A DNA stretch of 64,000 nt from Nitrosopumilus sp. (GTDB lineage Archaea > Thermoproteota > Nitrososphaeria > Nitrososphaerales > Nitrosopumilaceae): the NCBI GenBank assembly GCA_965218695.1, contig OZ244651.1, positions 256,001 through 320,000 on the forward strand, in the 5' to 3' direction. The first letter of the stretch is position 1. Each line of letters starts with the position of its first letter. Shown one piece after another: positions 38,977 through 48,983 of the stretch. Below the pieces are notes generated by a model. The model had not been told where the DNA came from. It worked only from the letters and a program-made list of their open reading frames with translations, and ran no database searches. The position numbers were made by a program, and so were the translations under genes.

Positions 38977-39936
38977 ATGTCATTGTACGACAAATTGACA
39001 AAAAAGCCCAATCTGTTCATCCGGTGTACTGGACTGACAGTCTCCGAATTTGATTTGGTGGCAGAGCGGCTGACAGAAAAATACCCCAAGGCAGAGCAAA
39101 AACGACTCTCCAGAAGAGACAGGGTGCGCGGCATGGGCGCCGGACGCAGGTGGAAACTGAGTCTGAAGGACAGGTTTCTTCTGGTCCTGTTCTATTACAG
39201 GACGTACACCACGCAGGATCTTCTTGCCCTGACGTTCCATGTGGGTCAGGCCAGTGTGTCCCGCAGCATGGGGGCACTAGAGCCGTCGATCCGGCAGTGC
39301 GTTCCGCTTCCGTCAAAGATATACTTTGACATCAAGGCCACCAGAACGCTTGACGATCTTGAGGAGATCATTCCGGGCATGACTGCCCTGATTGATGCAT
39401 CCGAGCAGCAGATACAGCGGCCCGGGCGCAAGGACATGGAACGGTCCCACTACTCGGGCAAGGCACACAGGCACACATCCAAGGTCCAGTACACATCGGC
39501 CACGGACGGCCTCATCCTTCACAAGACCAGGCATTCTCCAGGCAGAATCCACGACTTTACAGTATTCAAAAAGAAACACCCGACGTTCCCTGAGAATCTT
39601 CCATGCAAGGACGGGGGCAAGGACAAGAAAAGGACCAAAGTAAGGGAGCTTCTAGACAGCGGATACCAGGGAATCAACAAGGAGTTTCCAGACAGGGATG
39701 CCGTGGTGCCATACAAGAGGGCACGGGGCACGGAACTGTCCCCAGAACAGAAGGAATTCAACAAAAAACACTCAAAGATGCGGGTGTATGTAGAGCATGC
39801 AATCCGCAGGGTCAAGCGGTTTCGCATCATGAGCGACGTCTACCGGAATCGCCTGAAAAAGTACGACACCATCAATGACATCGTCTGTGGATTTGCCAAC
39901 CTCAGGGTTCTCCTGGCTCGGGAAGCGGCAGGATAG
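38977..39936 (+). CDS. IS5-family transposase (HTH_Tnp_4 plus DDE_Tnp_4 type)
   Basis: TGLTVSEF, GAGRRWKL, LIDASEQQIQRP, YSGK, GRIHD, LDSGYQG, RVYVEHAIRRVK. Confidence 0.93.
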   Translation: MSLYDKLTKKPNLFIRCTGLTVSEFDLVAERLTEKYPKAEQKRLSRRDRVRGMGAGRRWKLSLKDRFLLVLFYYRTYTTQDLLALTFHVGQASVSRSMGALEPSIRQCVPLPSKIYFDIKATRTLDDLEEIIPGMTALIDASEQQIQRPGRKDMERSHYSGKAHRHTSKVQYTSATDGLILHKTRHSPGRIHDFTVFKKKHPTFPENLPCKDGGKDKKRTKVRELLDSGYQGINKEFPDRDAVVPYKRARGTELSPEQKEFNKKHSKMRVYVEHAIRRVKRFRIMSDVYRNRLKKYDTINDIVCGFANLRVLLAREAAG

Positions 39937-40129
39937 GCAGCAAGCAACCTACACAATATAGGAAGATATGCACAATTTCTAATTACGGATTATGTCTCTG
40001 AATGCAAAGAAGCGTTGCAGGGCCGAATGGTATCATGCATCGGCAACAACCCCAAACCACTATACGGCGTGTGGGTTGGCTGGCCTTTACAAGAGCATGC
40101 TGCATGCGACAGGGAGCACCTGCAGCGTC

Positions 40130-40987
40130 CTACCTCTTGGCGTATTCAAGGGCAAATTTTATCATCTCCCTTGGTATGTTCTTTTGCGCAACAGTTGCCA
40201 GCCCCTTGAACTCTACTGTGTTGTTGACCTCGTGTACCACCAGGCCCCTCTCCTCGTCTTCCATCATGTCGATTCCAAGTATTCCGCCGCCCACGGCCTC
40301 AGAGGCCGCCGCCGCCAGCTCCCCAATCTGGCCTGTCGTCTCACAGGGCTCGGGATGTGAGGCCTCAAGGGCAAGGTTTGTCTTGAACCCCACGGACTTT
40401 CTGTACATGGCTGCGACCGGGATGTGGTTTACGGTGATCACCCTGATGTCCCTTGGCGGCCTCTTGACGAGTTCCTGCAGGTAGTAAATCCTGTCATGCG
40501 GGCTGTCTGTAATTTCCCTTATCTCAAAGATGGCGTCCCTGGAATCCCTGTCCTTTACCTGCATCACTCCTCTTCCCCAGCTTCCAATGACTGGCTTGAT
40601 TACAAGCGGGTATCCGACCTTCTCGATGTTCTCTGCTGCGCTCTGGCTTGAGAATGAAAAGTACGTCTTTGGCGTCGGAATGTTGCCTTTTTTGAGGCGC
40701 AGGGTCATGAACATCTTGTTGCCGCAGATGTTTGCCACTTCAAACCTGTTGATGACTGGAATTCCCAGAAACTCCAGGCCTGCCGTAAAATGAAGTCCCC
40801 TGAAATAACTGACGCATCTCTCCAGGACCACATCGCCCGGGTCTATGTCGTCTCTTCTGCTGTCCGTATTGAGCTGGGTCGTCTTTGCATCCAGCATGGC
40901 AACATCGCATCCAAGTCCCGATGCCTCCTTTTGGAGCATCTTCTCTTCAGTTCTCAGGCGGTCAAATACAATACATACTTTTGACAT
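40130..40987 (-). CDS. argX: Glutamate--LysW ligase ArgX (second LysX paralogue)
   Basis: RTEEKML, KPVIGSWGR, FKTNLAL, HEVNNTVEFKG; follows argG-lysW. Confidence 0.82.
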   Translation of the reverse strand: MSKVCIVFDRLRTEEKMLQKEASGLGCDVAMLDAKTTQLNTDSRRDDIDPGDVVLERCVSYFRGLHFTAGLEFLGIPVINRFEVANICGNKMFMTLRLKKGNIPTPKTYFSFSSQSAAENIEKVGYPLVIKPVIGSWGRGVMQVKDRDSRDAIFEIREITDSPHDRIYYLQELVKRPPRDIRVITVNHIPVAAMYRKSVGFKTNLALEASHPEPCETTGQIGELAAAASEAVGGGILGIDMMEDEERGLVVHEVNNTVEFKGLATVAQKNIPREMIKFALEYAKR

Positions 40988-41154
40988 TACTCTCCCCAGT
41001 CTTCACCAATACTCTCTGCCTGCTTGAGTTCGACATTTGATCCATCATTCTTTGATATCTCAAAGTCGGCACCGCAATCAGGACATGAGACTATCTCTCC
41101 GACTGAGGCATCATCGGGGATGTTTAACGTAGCGTCGCATTCGTGGCAGTTCAT
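40987..41154 (-). CDS. lysW: Amino-group carrier protein LysW/ArgW (canonical EDWGE); absent from the ORF track
   Basis: MNCHECDATLNIPDDASVGEIVSCPDCGADFEISKNDGSNVELKQAESIGEDWGE*. Confidence 0.95.
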   Translation of the reverse strand: MNCHECDATLNIPDDASVGEIVSCPDCGADFEISKNDGSNVELKQAESIGEDWGE

Positions 41155-42350
41155 GTTTTTGTTGACCTTTTCCTTTGTAATTTATTAGCTTCTGTTGACT
41201 GCATCCCCCACAGCTCTGCAAATCCTGTGGCGAGCCTTTGGTCGAATGTGGATTCGGCCCCATACGTGGCAACCTTCTGACTGTACAGCGAGTTTTTGGA
41301 TTTTCTTCCTACCACCTTGAGGCTACCCTTGTACATCTTGAGCCTGACTGTTCCTGAGACCGGCGCCTGTGATGCCTCTATGAATCCGTCCAGATCCGTC
41401 CTGAGAGGATCCTGCCAGAGTCCTGAATACGCCAGATACGTCCACTGCTCATCAACAATTCCCTTGAACCTGTTCTGGTGCTTGGTGTGGACCATCTTCT
41501 CCAGATCCGTGTGTGCCTCAATAAGGCATATCGCTGCAGGCGTCTCGTAGACCTCCCGCGATTTGATTCCGACCACCCTGTCCTCGATATGATCTGTTAT
41601 TCCTACGCCTGCCTCCCCGGCCGCCGTGTTGATGTGACTGATAAGCTGCTGGCCCCCCATTCTAGTCCCGTCCACTGCAATTGGAACTCCCTTCTCAAAC
41701 CTGATCTCCATGTACCTTGGCTCGTCTGGCAGATCCTTTGTCCTGACCCAGATGAAGGCATCATCAGGCGGTTCTGCATACGGGTCTTCAAGCACGCCTC
41801 CCTCGATTGCACGCCCCCATAGGTTCTGGTCGATACTGAATTTTTTGGCAACCGAATCTATCCGGATTCCGTGCCGCTTGGCAAAGTCCAGTTCTGTCAC
41901 CCTGTCCAGATTCTTGTCCCTGATGGGTGCAATTATTGGAAGATTCGAGCCTGAACGGAGCGTAATGTCAAACCGTACTTGGTCGTTTCCCTTGCCGGAG
42001 CATCCGTGGGCAAGCGCAGAGACCTTCTCATTTTGTGCCACCTCCAGCACCTTCTGTGCAATCAGCGGCCGTGCAAGGGCCGTTGCAAGGCAGTACTTTC
42101 CCTGGTATAGCGCATTTGCCTTGATGGACGGGAATATGTAGTCCCTGACAAACTCCCTCCTTGCATCAATGTTGTAGTGTTTTATCGCCCCGAGCCTCTT
42201 TGCCTTGGCTGCGATCTCTCTACCATCCTCGCCATGTCCTACGTTTACCGTGACTGTGATGACATCCATGTCGTGCTCCTCCTGCATGTATTTTACAACA
42301 ACTGACGTGTCGAGTCCGCCGGAGAATGCAAGTATTCCTTTCTTGGCCAT
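41151..42350 (-). CDS. argG: Argininosuccinate synthase
   Basis: LAFSGGLDTS, HGCSGKGNDQVRF, SIDQNLWG, EDRVVGIKSREVYE. Confidence 0.97.
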   Translation of the reverse strand: MAKKGILAFSGGLDTSVVVKYMQEEHDMDVITVTVNVGHGEDGREIAAKAKRLGAIKHYNIDARREFVRDYIFPSIKANALYQGKYCLATALARPLIAQKVLEVAQNEKVSALAHGCSGKGNDQVRFDITLRSGSNLPIIAPIRDKNLDRVTELDFAKRHGIRIDSVAKKFSIDQNLWGRAIEGGVLEDPYAEPPDDAFIWVRTKDLPDEPRYMEIRFEKGVPIAVDGTRMGGQQLISHINTAAGEAGVGITDHIEDRVVGIKSREVYETPAAICLIEAHTDLEKMVHTKHQNRFKGIVDEQWTYLAYSGLWQDPLRTDLDGFIEASQAPVSGTVRLKMYKGSLKVVGRKSKNSLYSQKVATYGAESTFDQRLATGFAELWGMQSTEANKLQRKRSTKT

Positions 42351-42484
42351 AAAACACCTTTTTGTATTCGGGATTGAAATATTATCTTTTTGATGGGAAT
42401 CTGCCTGATCTGCAGTACCGGCGGTACCGGCTAGCTTGAGCTAAAATCCGATGATTATTTAACCGCCGAACATAACGCTGTTTT

Positions 42485-43498
42485 ATGAAAACCCGCCTTC
42501 TTGCAGGAGCGGCTGGGGTGACAGCCCTGATTGCGTTGGGAATTGGACTCGGCTCCGGCAATACCGTACACGAAGAGAGAATTCGAATTGCATACTTTCC
42601 CAATATTGGGCATGCTGTTCCAATCGTAGGGGTAGAGAACGGACTCTTTGAGGACGCCATAGGAAATATGACTGATATCGAGACACGCGTCTTTGACAAC
42701 GGCCCACAGGCAGTCGAGTCCCTGTTTGCCGGCTCAGTCGATGTGGCGTATGTAGGACCGGGCCCTGCCATCAACGGATTCCTCAACTCTGAGGACGGGA
42801 ATGTAAAGATTCTTGCCGGTGCGGCAAGCGGTGGGGCAAGCTTTGTTGTACACCCCGACTCCGAGATTGGCCTGGCATCAGACTTTGCAGGAAAAAAGAT
42901 TGCAGCACCACCCATCGGAAACACGCAGGATGTATCCCTGCGCCATTATCTGTCTGAGAACGGGCTGAAGCCTGCCGATAAGGGCGGTTCTGTGATCGTC
43001 TACAACGTTCCCAATCCTGACATCTATACGCTGTTTGTAAAGGGCGATGTGGACGGCGCCTGGGTGGCAGAACCATGGGCCACGATACTGGAGGCTGAGC
43101 TTGGCGGCAAGCGGCTCTTCCAAGAGGAGACGCTCTGGCCCGGAAACGAGTTTGCATCCGTCCTCCTTATAGGAAACACGGATTACATTGCACAGAATCC
43201 CGAGGCCGTGGCAGGACTATTGCAGGCGCATCATGAGGCGGTGGAATGGATTAACGCAAACCCCGTCCAGACCAGAACCACATTCAACGGATTTCTTGAC
43301 TCGTACCTGGGAGCGCCGCTGCCTGACGACGTAGTCGATACTGCACTCTCCAACCTTCTGATTACCTCCGATCCGAAACGGGACTCCGTGTTGTCCTTTG
43401 CCCAGAAGGCAGACTCTCTGGGATATCTGGGAAGGAGCGGATACGACCTGTCTGGAATCTTTTACAGCGACGGACCGTCTGTGGAGGATGATGCATAG
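42485..43498 (+). CDS. ABC transporter substrate-binding protein (sulfonate/nitrate/taurine type)
   Basis: Signal anchor; IRIAYFPNIGHA; DVAYVGPGPA; IGNTQD; AWVAEPW. Confidence 0.88.
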   Translation: MKTRLLAGAAGVTALIALGIGLGSGNTVHEERIRIAYFPNIGHAVPIVGVENGLFEDAIGNMTDIETRVFDNGPQAVESLFAGSVDVAYVGPGPAINGFLNSEDGNVKILAGAASGGASFVVHPDSEIGLASDFAGKKIAAPPIGNTQDVSLRHYLSENGLKPADKGGSVIVYNVPNPDIYTLFVKGDVDGAWVAEPWATILEAELGGKRLFQEETLWPGNEFASVLLIGNTDYIAQNPEAVAGLLQAHHEAVEWINANPVQTRTTFNGFLDSYLGAPLPDDVVDTALSNLLITSDPKRDSVLSFAQKADSLGYLGRSGYDLSGIFYSDGPSVEDDA

Positions 43499-44263
43499 TT
43501 GGCCAAGCTTGAGGCACGGGAGATCGTCAAGTATTTCAGCCACGACTCCCACAAGCTCAAGGCTCTTGGCGGAATCAACCTGAGTGTTGATGCCGGCGAC
43601 TTTGTATGTCTGGTGGGGCCGTCCGGATGCGGCAAGTCCACATTCCTGCGTATAGTAGCCGGACTTGAGGAGCCTGATGACGGACAGATAATCTTTGACG
43701 GCCGTCCCGTCACCGGCACCGGGCCTGAAAGAATCATAGTGTTCCAGGAGGGTGCGCTTTTTCCATGGCTCAAGGTTCAAGACAACGTAGAGTTTGGACT
43801 GAAGATGGCAGGGATTCCCCCCGAAGAGAGGGCAAAGATATCCCACAGATATCTGGACATGATGCAGCTGACCAGATTTGCAGACTCGTACACGTACCAG
43901 CTCTCGACTGGAATGAAGCAGCGCGTCGCAATTGCCAGGGCACTCGTAATGGATCCAGACGTGTTGCTGATGGACGAGCCGTTTGCCGCCCTTGATGCGC
44001 AGACGCGCGACCTTCTGCTAGTCGAGATGCAACTAATCTGGGAGAAGACAAAGAAGACGATTCTGTTTGTCACGCACAATGTGGCAGAGGCCACGGTCCT
44101 TGGTACAAAGGTGGCCATATTCAGCAACCGTCCGTCCGTAATCAAAAAGGAGTTCCGCAACGACTTTCCGCGACCGCGTGTCACAGAGGACGAGTCGCTA
44201 CTCCAATTCCAGCAGGACATCCTGGCAGAACTCCGGCCGGAGGTCAAGAAGAGCAGCAGGTGA
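43499..44263 (+). CDS. ABC transporter ATPase (NrtD/SsuB-like)
   Basis: GPSGCGKST, LSTGMKQR, LLMDEPFAALD, FVTHN. Confidence 0.95.
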   Translation: MAKLEAREIVKYFSHDSHKLKALGGINLSVDAGDFVCLVGPSGCGKSTFLRIVAGLEEPDDGQIIFDGRPVTGTGPERIIVFQEGALFPWLKVQDNVEFGLKMAGIPPEERAKISHRYLDMMQLTRFADSYTYQLSTGMKQRVAIARALVMDPDVLLMDEPFAALDAQTRDLLLVEMQLIWEKTKKTILFVTHNVAEATVLGTKVAIFSNRPSVIKKEFRNDFPRPRVTEDESLLQFQQDILAELRPEVKKSSR

Positions 44264-45027
44264 GCGTGGTGGCCAAAAACTTTGTACCTCACAGGGTGGC
44301 ATTCTATGTCGGAATCATTCTAGTGTGGCAGGTCACTGCAATGGCAGGCGTCTGGCCAGAGAACATCTTTCCATCCCCGTATCAGGTGGCCGAAGATCTT
44401 GCGTATGGCGCAGCCGACGGCAGCTTGTTTTACGGAATTGCAACCAGCATGTGGCGACTGATGGTGGGACTTGGAATTGCAATCGCCGGCGGCATAATCC
44501 TAGGAATATTCATGGCGCGAATCGAGGTAGTCAATCAGACTATAGGGTCCTTGGTTCTGGGACTTCAGTCGATCCCGTCAGTTGCCTGGGTTCCTCTTGC
44601 AATACTGTGGTTTGGACTAAACGATGCGGGGATCATATTTGTCACTGCAATCGGGGCAGTCTTTGCAGTAACCATCAACACGTACACCGGCGTCAAGAAC
44701 ATAGATCCGCATTTCATCGAGGCTGCAAGAAACATGGGCGCAAAGGGAAGCCAGCTGATTACTGCGGTCCTGATTCCGGCTGCATTCCCCTACATGATAT
44801 CCGGATTCAAGCAGGGATGGGCCTTTGCGTGGAGGGGTGTGATTGGCGCAGAGCTGCTGTTCTCGTATCTGGGCCTGGGATTCCTGCTCAATGCGGGCCG
44901 CTCCCTCAACGACGTATCCCAGGTGATTGCAATAATGCTGGTGATAATGGGAATCGGCCTTGCAGTGGACGGCGTTGTCTTCAAGAAGCTCGAACACAAG
45001 GTCATGTCAAGATGGGGCCTGCGCTGA
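44260..45027 (+). CDS. ABC transporter permease (SsuC-like)
   Basis: FPSP, IPSVAWVPL, EAARNMGA, IGAE. Confidence 0.93.
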   Translation: MSVVAKNFVPHRVAFYVGIILVWQVTAMAGVWPENIFPSPYQVAEDLAYGAADGSLFYGIATSMWRLMVGLGIAIAGGIILGIFMARIEVVNQTIGSLVLGLQSIPSVAWVPLAILWFGLNDAGIIFVTAIGAVFAVTINTYTGVKNIDPHFIEAARNMGAKGSQLITAVLIPAAFPYMISGFKQGWAFAWRGVIGAELLFSYLGLGFLLNAGRSLNDVSQVIAIMLVIMGIGLAVDGVVFKKLEHKVMSRWGLR

Positions 45028-45121
45028 TTCGGACTCGATCACGCCATGCCGGTTCCAACGCAACAGATGCCAAACTCTGGGGGGCAGTGTGGCCAGTCGA
45101 TGTCTGCTCGATGCAGAAAGG

Positions 45122-45376
<255 letters not shown>

Positions 45377-45490
45377 GCATCAATTACGCATAATGCCTGT
45401 TGACCTGATGAGCATATCATGCATATTATCTTGAATCAAGAAGCTATTCCTGAAAAGAGTTAAACCGTACAGGGGAATCCTGAGATCAGA

Positions 45491-46447
45491 TTGACACAGA
45501 AGGAACCATTCTTGGATGCACTGCGTGACAGGATACTGCTCTTTGACGGTGCGATGGGAACCGAGATCCAAGGGTATGATCCAAAACCCGAGGATTTTCC
45601 GGACTGCAAGGACGGCTTTAACGACGGCTTGATACTGACGCATCCTGAATGGATACGGCAGATTCATAAAAGATACCTGGATGCCGGCGCCGACTGTATC
45701 GAGACAAACTCCTTTGGCTCAAACAGGATAAAGCTTGACGAGTACGGGTTTGGCGATCAGACCGTGGAATTTAACAAAAGGATCGCACGGCTGGCATCTG
45801 ATGTGTGCCTGGAGTACCGTGACCGGCCGCGATATGTGATAGGCTCCATGGGACCATCCGGATTTCTTCCAAGCTCAAATGATCCTGATCTGGGGTGCAG
45901 GCCGCTTGACGAGATAGAGGAGGCATTCTCCTCCCAGGCAGAGGGGCTGATCCTAGGAGGCGCAGACGCACTACTGATTGAGACCAGCCAGGACATTTTG
46001 GAGGTAAAGCTTGCAATTGACGGATGCCACGGGGCAATGAAACGTATTGGCAGCAGGGTTCCCATCATTGCCAATGTCACCCTGGACCAGTATGGAAAGA
46101 TGTTGCTTGGCACAACCATACAGGCTGCATACACGACTGTCTCTGACATGGGAATTGACGTGTTTGGGATGAACTGCTCCACGGGACCCGTCGAGATGAC
46201 CCCGAGCGTGCGGTGGCTTGACGAGCAGGACGGGCATGATCTCCTGGTGGTACCAAACGCCGGAATGCCCGAAAACGAGGGGGGAGTGGCAGTATACAAG
46301 ATGACCCCTGAGGGAATGGGCCGTGCACTGGGCGACATTCTTGGCAGGAACAAAAGGGTCCGGATCATCGGCGGCTGCTGCGGGACGAACCCCGAGCACA
46401 TCAGGGTTCTCAGGGGGATGATCGATCAAGGCACCTTCAAGGGTTAA
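45491..46447 (+). CDS. metH: Methionine synthase, homocysteine-binding module (split MetH)
   Basis: LFDGAMGT, AGADCIETNSF, GMNCSTGP, PNAGMP, IIGGCCGT. Confidence 0.92.
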   Translation: MTQKEPFLDALRDRILLFDGAMGTEIQGYDPKPEDFPDCKDGFNDGLILTHPEWIRQIHKRYLDAGADCIETNSFGSNRIKLDEYGFGDQTVEFNKRIARLASDVCLEYRDRPRYVIGSMGPSGFLPSSNDPDLGCRPLDEIEEAFSSQAEGLILGGADALLIETSQDILEVKLAIDGCHGAMKRIGSRVPIIANVTLDQYGKMLLGTTIQAAYTTVSDMGIDVFGMNCSTGPVEMTPSVRWLDEQDGHDLLVVPNAGMPENEGGVAVYKMTPEGMGRALGDILGRNKRVRIIGGCCGTNPEHIRVLRGMIDQGTFKG

Positions 46448-46481
46448 GTATTTAGAAAAACCCAAGTGATCACATATCACA

Positions 46482-48983
46482 TTGACCGTTCCAAGAGTAA
46501 GCTCCGCACTGAAGGCAGTGGACCTGAGACAGGTCCCTGCCCCCATGATAATCGGGGAGCGAATCAACACGCAGGGTTCGCGCAAGGCAAAGCGTCTCGT
46601 ACTTGAGGACGACTATGACGGGCTGGTTGACCTGGGCAGGATCCAGACAGAGGACGGCGCGCACTGCCTTGACGTGTGCGTTGCAACGACTGAGCGGGCC
46701 GACGAACGCCAGTTCATGCTTAACCTTGTCAAGCGGCTGAGCCTGGAGATAGACGCCCCGCTTGTGATTGACTCCACTGACCCTGACGTAATCGAGGCAT
46801 CCGTCCGGCAGGTTCCCGGAAGGCCGATAATCAATTCCATAAACCTAGAGGGGGACGGCAGCCGGTTTGCAAGGCTGGCGCCAATAATGGCAAGATACGG
46901 GCTGCCTGCAATCGCCCTGTGCATAGGGCCTGAGGGAATGGCAAAGACCCCGCAGCAGAAGGTGGACACTGCAGAGCTCCTCTACGAGACCGGAAAGGAA
47001 TACGGGCTGAAGATAGAACAGTTCATCTTTGACGTGCTGACATTCACCCTGGCCACCGGGCAGGACGAGTTTCTTGACGCGGGGAAAAACACGCTGGAAG
47101 GCATACGTCTTGTAAAGGAGAGGTTCCCAGACTCCTTTACCACGCTTGGCCTTAGCAATATCAGCTTCGGCCTGTCCCCGAATGCCAGAAGGATTCTCAA
47201 CTCCGTATTCCTGTACCATGCGGTACGGGCAGGACTTGACAGTGCCATTGTCAATGCACGGGAGATGCTGCCGTATGCCGAGATTGACACGAAGGAAAGG
47301 GAGATTGCCGAGAACCTGATCTACAATATCCACCCAAACGCCCTCTCTGATCTCATATCCTACTTTGAGAACCGGGGGGAGGATGCACAGAACCGGCAGA
47401 GCACGGGAGTGAAAGTCGATCCGTCATGGCCGCCGGGAAGGCGAGTCAACTTCCGGGTAGTCAACAGGCTCAAGGACGGAATCCAAAACGACGTGGTGTC
47501 TGCCATTGCCGCAAGAATAGGACATGATGTGACGGTACAGGATGACGGCCAGACGCTGTCCCTGGATGCACCGCCTGCAGTCACGCATGAGGGCGCACTC
47601 GAGACGCTCAACGAGGATCTCCTCCCTGCAATGAAGGAGGTTGGAGACAAATTCGGCGCAGGCGAACTGATCCTGCCATTTGTCCTCAAGTCCGCCGAAT
47701 GCATGAAGGCAGCCGTAGGCGAGCTTGAAAAATACCTAGTAAGAAAGGAGGGGGCAAGCAAGGGAAAACTGGTTCTGGGAACAGTCTATGGGGACGTCCA
47801 TGACATCGGAAAGAATCTCGTCAAGACGATATTTCAAAACAACGGCTATACCGTATATGACCTGGGAAAACAGGTTCCACTGCAAAGATTCCTCGAAGAG
47901 ATTGACAGGGTCAATCCTGATGCAATAGGACTCTCTGCCCTGCTGGTATCTACATCAAGGCAGATGAGCCTGTTTGTAGAGCATGCAAGGAATACTGCCA
48001 TGACCATTCCCGTCATGTGCGGGGGTGCTGCAATCAACAGTAATTACATCAACAGGATAGCAAAGCAGGACGGCATATACGAGCCTGGGGTATTCTACTG
48101 CAACACCATGTTTGAGGGACTCAAAACAATGGACATGCTGGTATCTGAGAAGAGACCAGAACTCATGGCAGACTGGAGGGCAAGGCTGGATGCGTGGAAG
48201 GAGAAGCCTGCCAAAGCAGTCGACCCTGCAAGCATTCCAAGAAGCACCGTCAGGCCCGTGCCTGCACCTGTCCCAAACAGCATCGGAGAACCGTCCCGGT
48301 TCAAGCCCGGCGATATTCCAATGGACGAGGTCTGGAGTCTGCTCAACAAAAGATCCCTCTTCAAGATGTCGTGGGGACTCAGGGGAAAGAAAGGTGCCCT
48401 CTCTGACGTGGACCCTGAGCAGCTGCTAGAGCAGTGGAAGGCCCGGATATCCGGAGAGAACCTGTTTGAGCCTGAGGCAGTCTATGGATACTTTAGGTGC
48501 CACGGCAAGGGAGAGACCCTGACAGTCGATGGCCCGTCAGGAGAAGTGGAGTTTGTATTTCCACGGTCCACGCAGCCCCAGCACCTGTGCCTGGCTGACT
48601 ACTTTGGGGATGACGATGTAGTCGCATTCCAGTCTGTGACTGTCGGAAACAAGGTATCTGAGGTGATTGACTCGTGGAACAAGCAGGACATGTACACTGA
48701 TGCATACTATCTGCACGGACTGGCAGTGGAGACTGCAGAGGCGCTTGCCGACTGGATCAACCAGGAGATAATATCCGAACTCGGCCTGCAACAGGGGGGA
48801 GGTCTCAGATACAGCTGGGGATATCCCAGCTGCCCTGACGTATCACAGCACCATCTGGTGTGGAATCTGCTGCATCCAGAAGAGTCTGGCATGACGCTTA
48901 CCGAGTCCGGACAGATAGTCCCGGAACAGTCCACTGCTGCGATAGTGGTTCATCATCCCCAGGCACAGTACTTTGTGCTCTAG
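46482..48983 (+). CDS. metH: Methionine synthase, pterin-binding, B12-binding and activation modules
   Basis: IGERIN, INSINLE, GLSNISFG, GDVHDIGKNLV B12 motif, RYSWGYPSCPD. Confidence 0.93.
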   Translation: MTVPRVSSALKAVDLRQVPAPMIIGERINTQGSRKAKRLVLEDDYDGLVDLGRIQTEDGAHCLDVCVATTERADERQFMLNLVKRLSLEIDAPLVIDSTDPDVIEASVRQVPGRPIINSINLEGDGSRFARLAPIMARYGLPAIALCIGPEGMAKTPQQKVDTAELLYETGKEYGLKIEQFIFDVLTFTLATGQDEFLDAGKNTLEGIRLVKERFPDSFTTLGLSNISFGLSPNARRILNSVFLYHAVRAGLDSAIVNAREMLPYAEIDTKEREIAENLIYNIHPNALSDLISYFENRGEDAQNRQSTGVKVDPSWPPGRRVNFRVVNRLKDGIQNDVVSAIAARIGHDVTVQDDGQTLSLDAPPAVTHEGALETLNEDLLPAMKEVGDKFGAGELILPFVLKSAECMKAAVGELEKYLVRKEGASKGKLVLGTVYGDVHDIGKNLVKTIFQNNGYTVYDLGKQVPLQRFLEEIDRVNPDAIGLSALLVSTSRQMSLFVEHARNTAMTIPVMCGGAAINSNYINRIAKQDGIYEPGVFYCNTMFEGLKTMDMLVSEKRPELMADWRARLDAWKEKPAKAVDPASIPRSTVRPVPAPVPNSIGEPSRFKPGDIPMDEVWSLLNKRSLFKMSWGLRGKKGALSDVDPEQLLEQWKARISGENLFEPEAVYGYFRCHGKGETLTVDGPSGEVEFVFPRSTQPQHLCLADYFGDDDVVAFQSVTVGNKVSEVIDSWNKQDMYTDAYYLHGLAVETAEALADWINQEIISELGLQQGGGLRYSWGYPSCPDVSQHHLVWNLLHPEESGMTLTESGQIVPEQSTAAIVVHHPQAQYFVL

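Larger units (their letters stand above)
36232..39997 (+). mobile_element. IS5-family transporter/composite element with cargo
   Basis: Perfect 19-bp TIR AGACATAATCCGTAATTAG at 36232 and 39979-39997; 3-bp TSD CTG; degenerate inner end AGACATCATCATCCGTAATTGG at 38823. Confidence 0.85.

Noticed and set aside
40085-40096. CTTTACAAGAGC as the partner TIR of the TnpB element
   Set aside because: It needs a gap, lies outside the IS5 composite and has no matching TSD; likely chance.
45491-48983. Split methionine synthase as a novelty or frameshift
   Set aside because: The break falls at a domain boundary with clean start and stop codons; split MetH is known in AOA.
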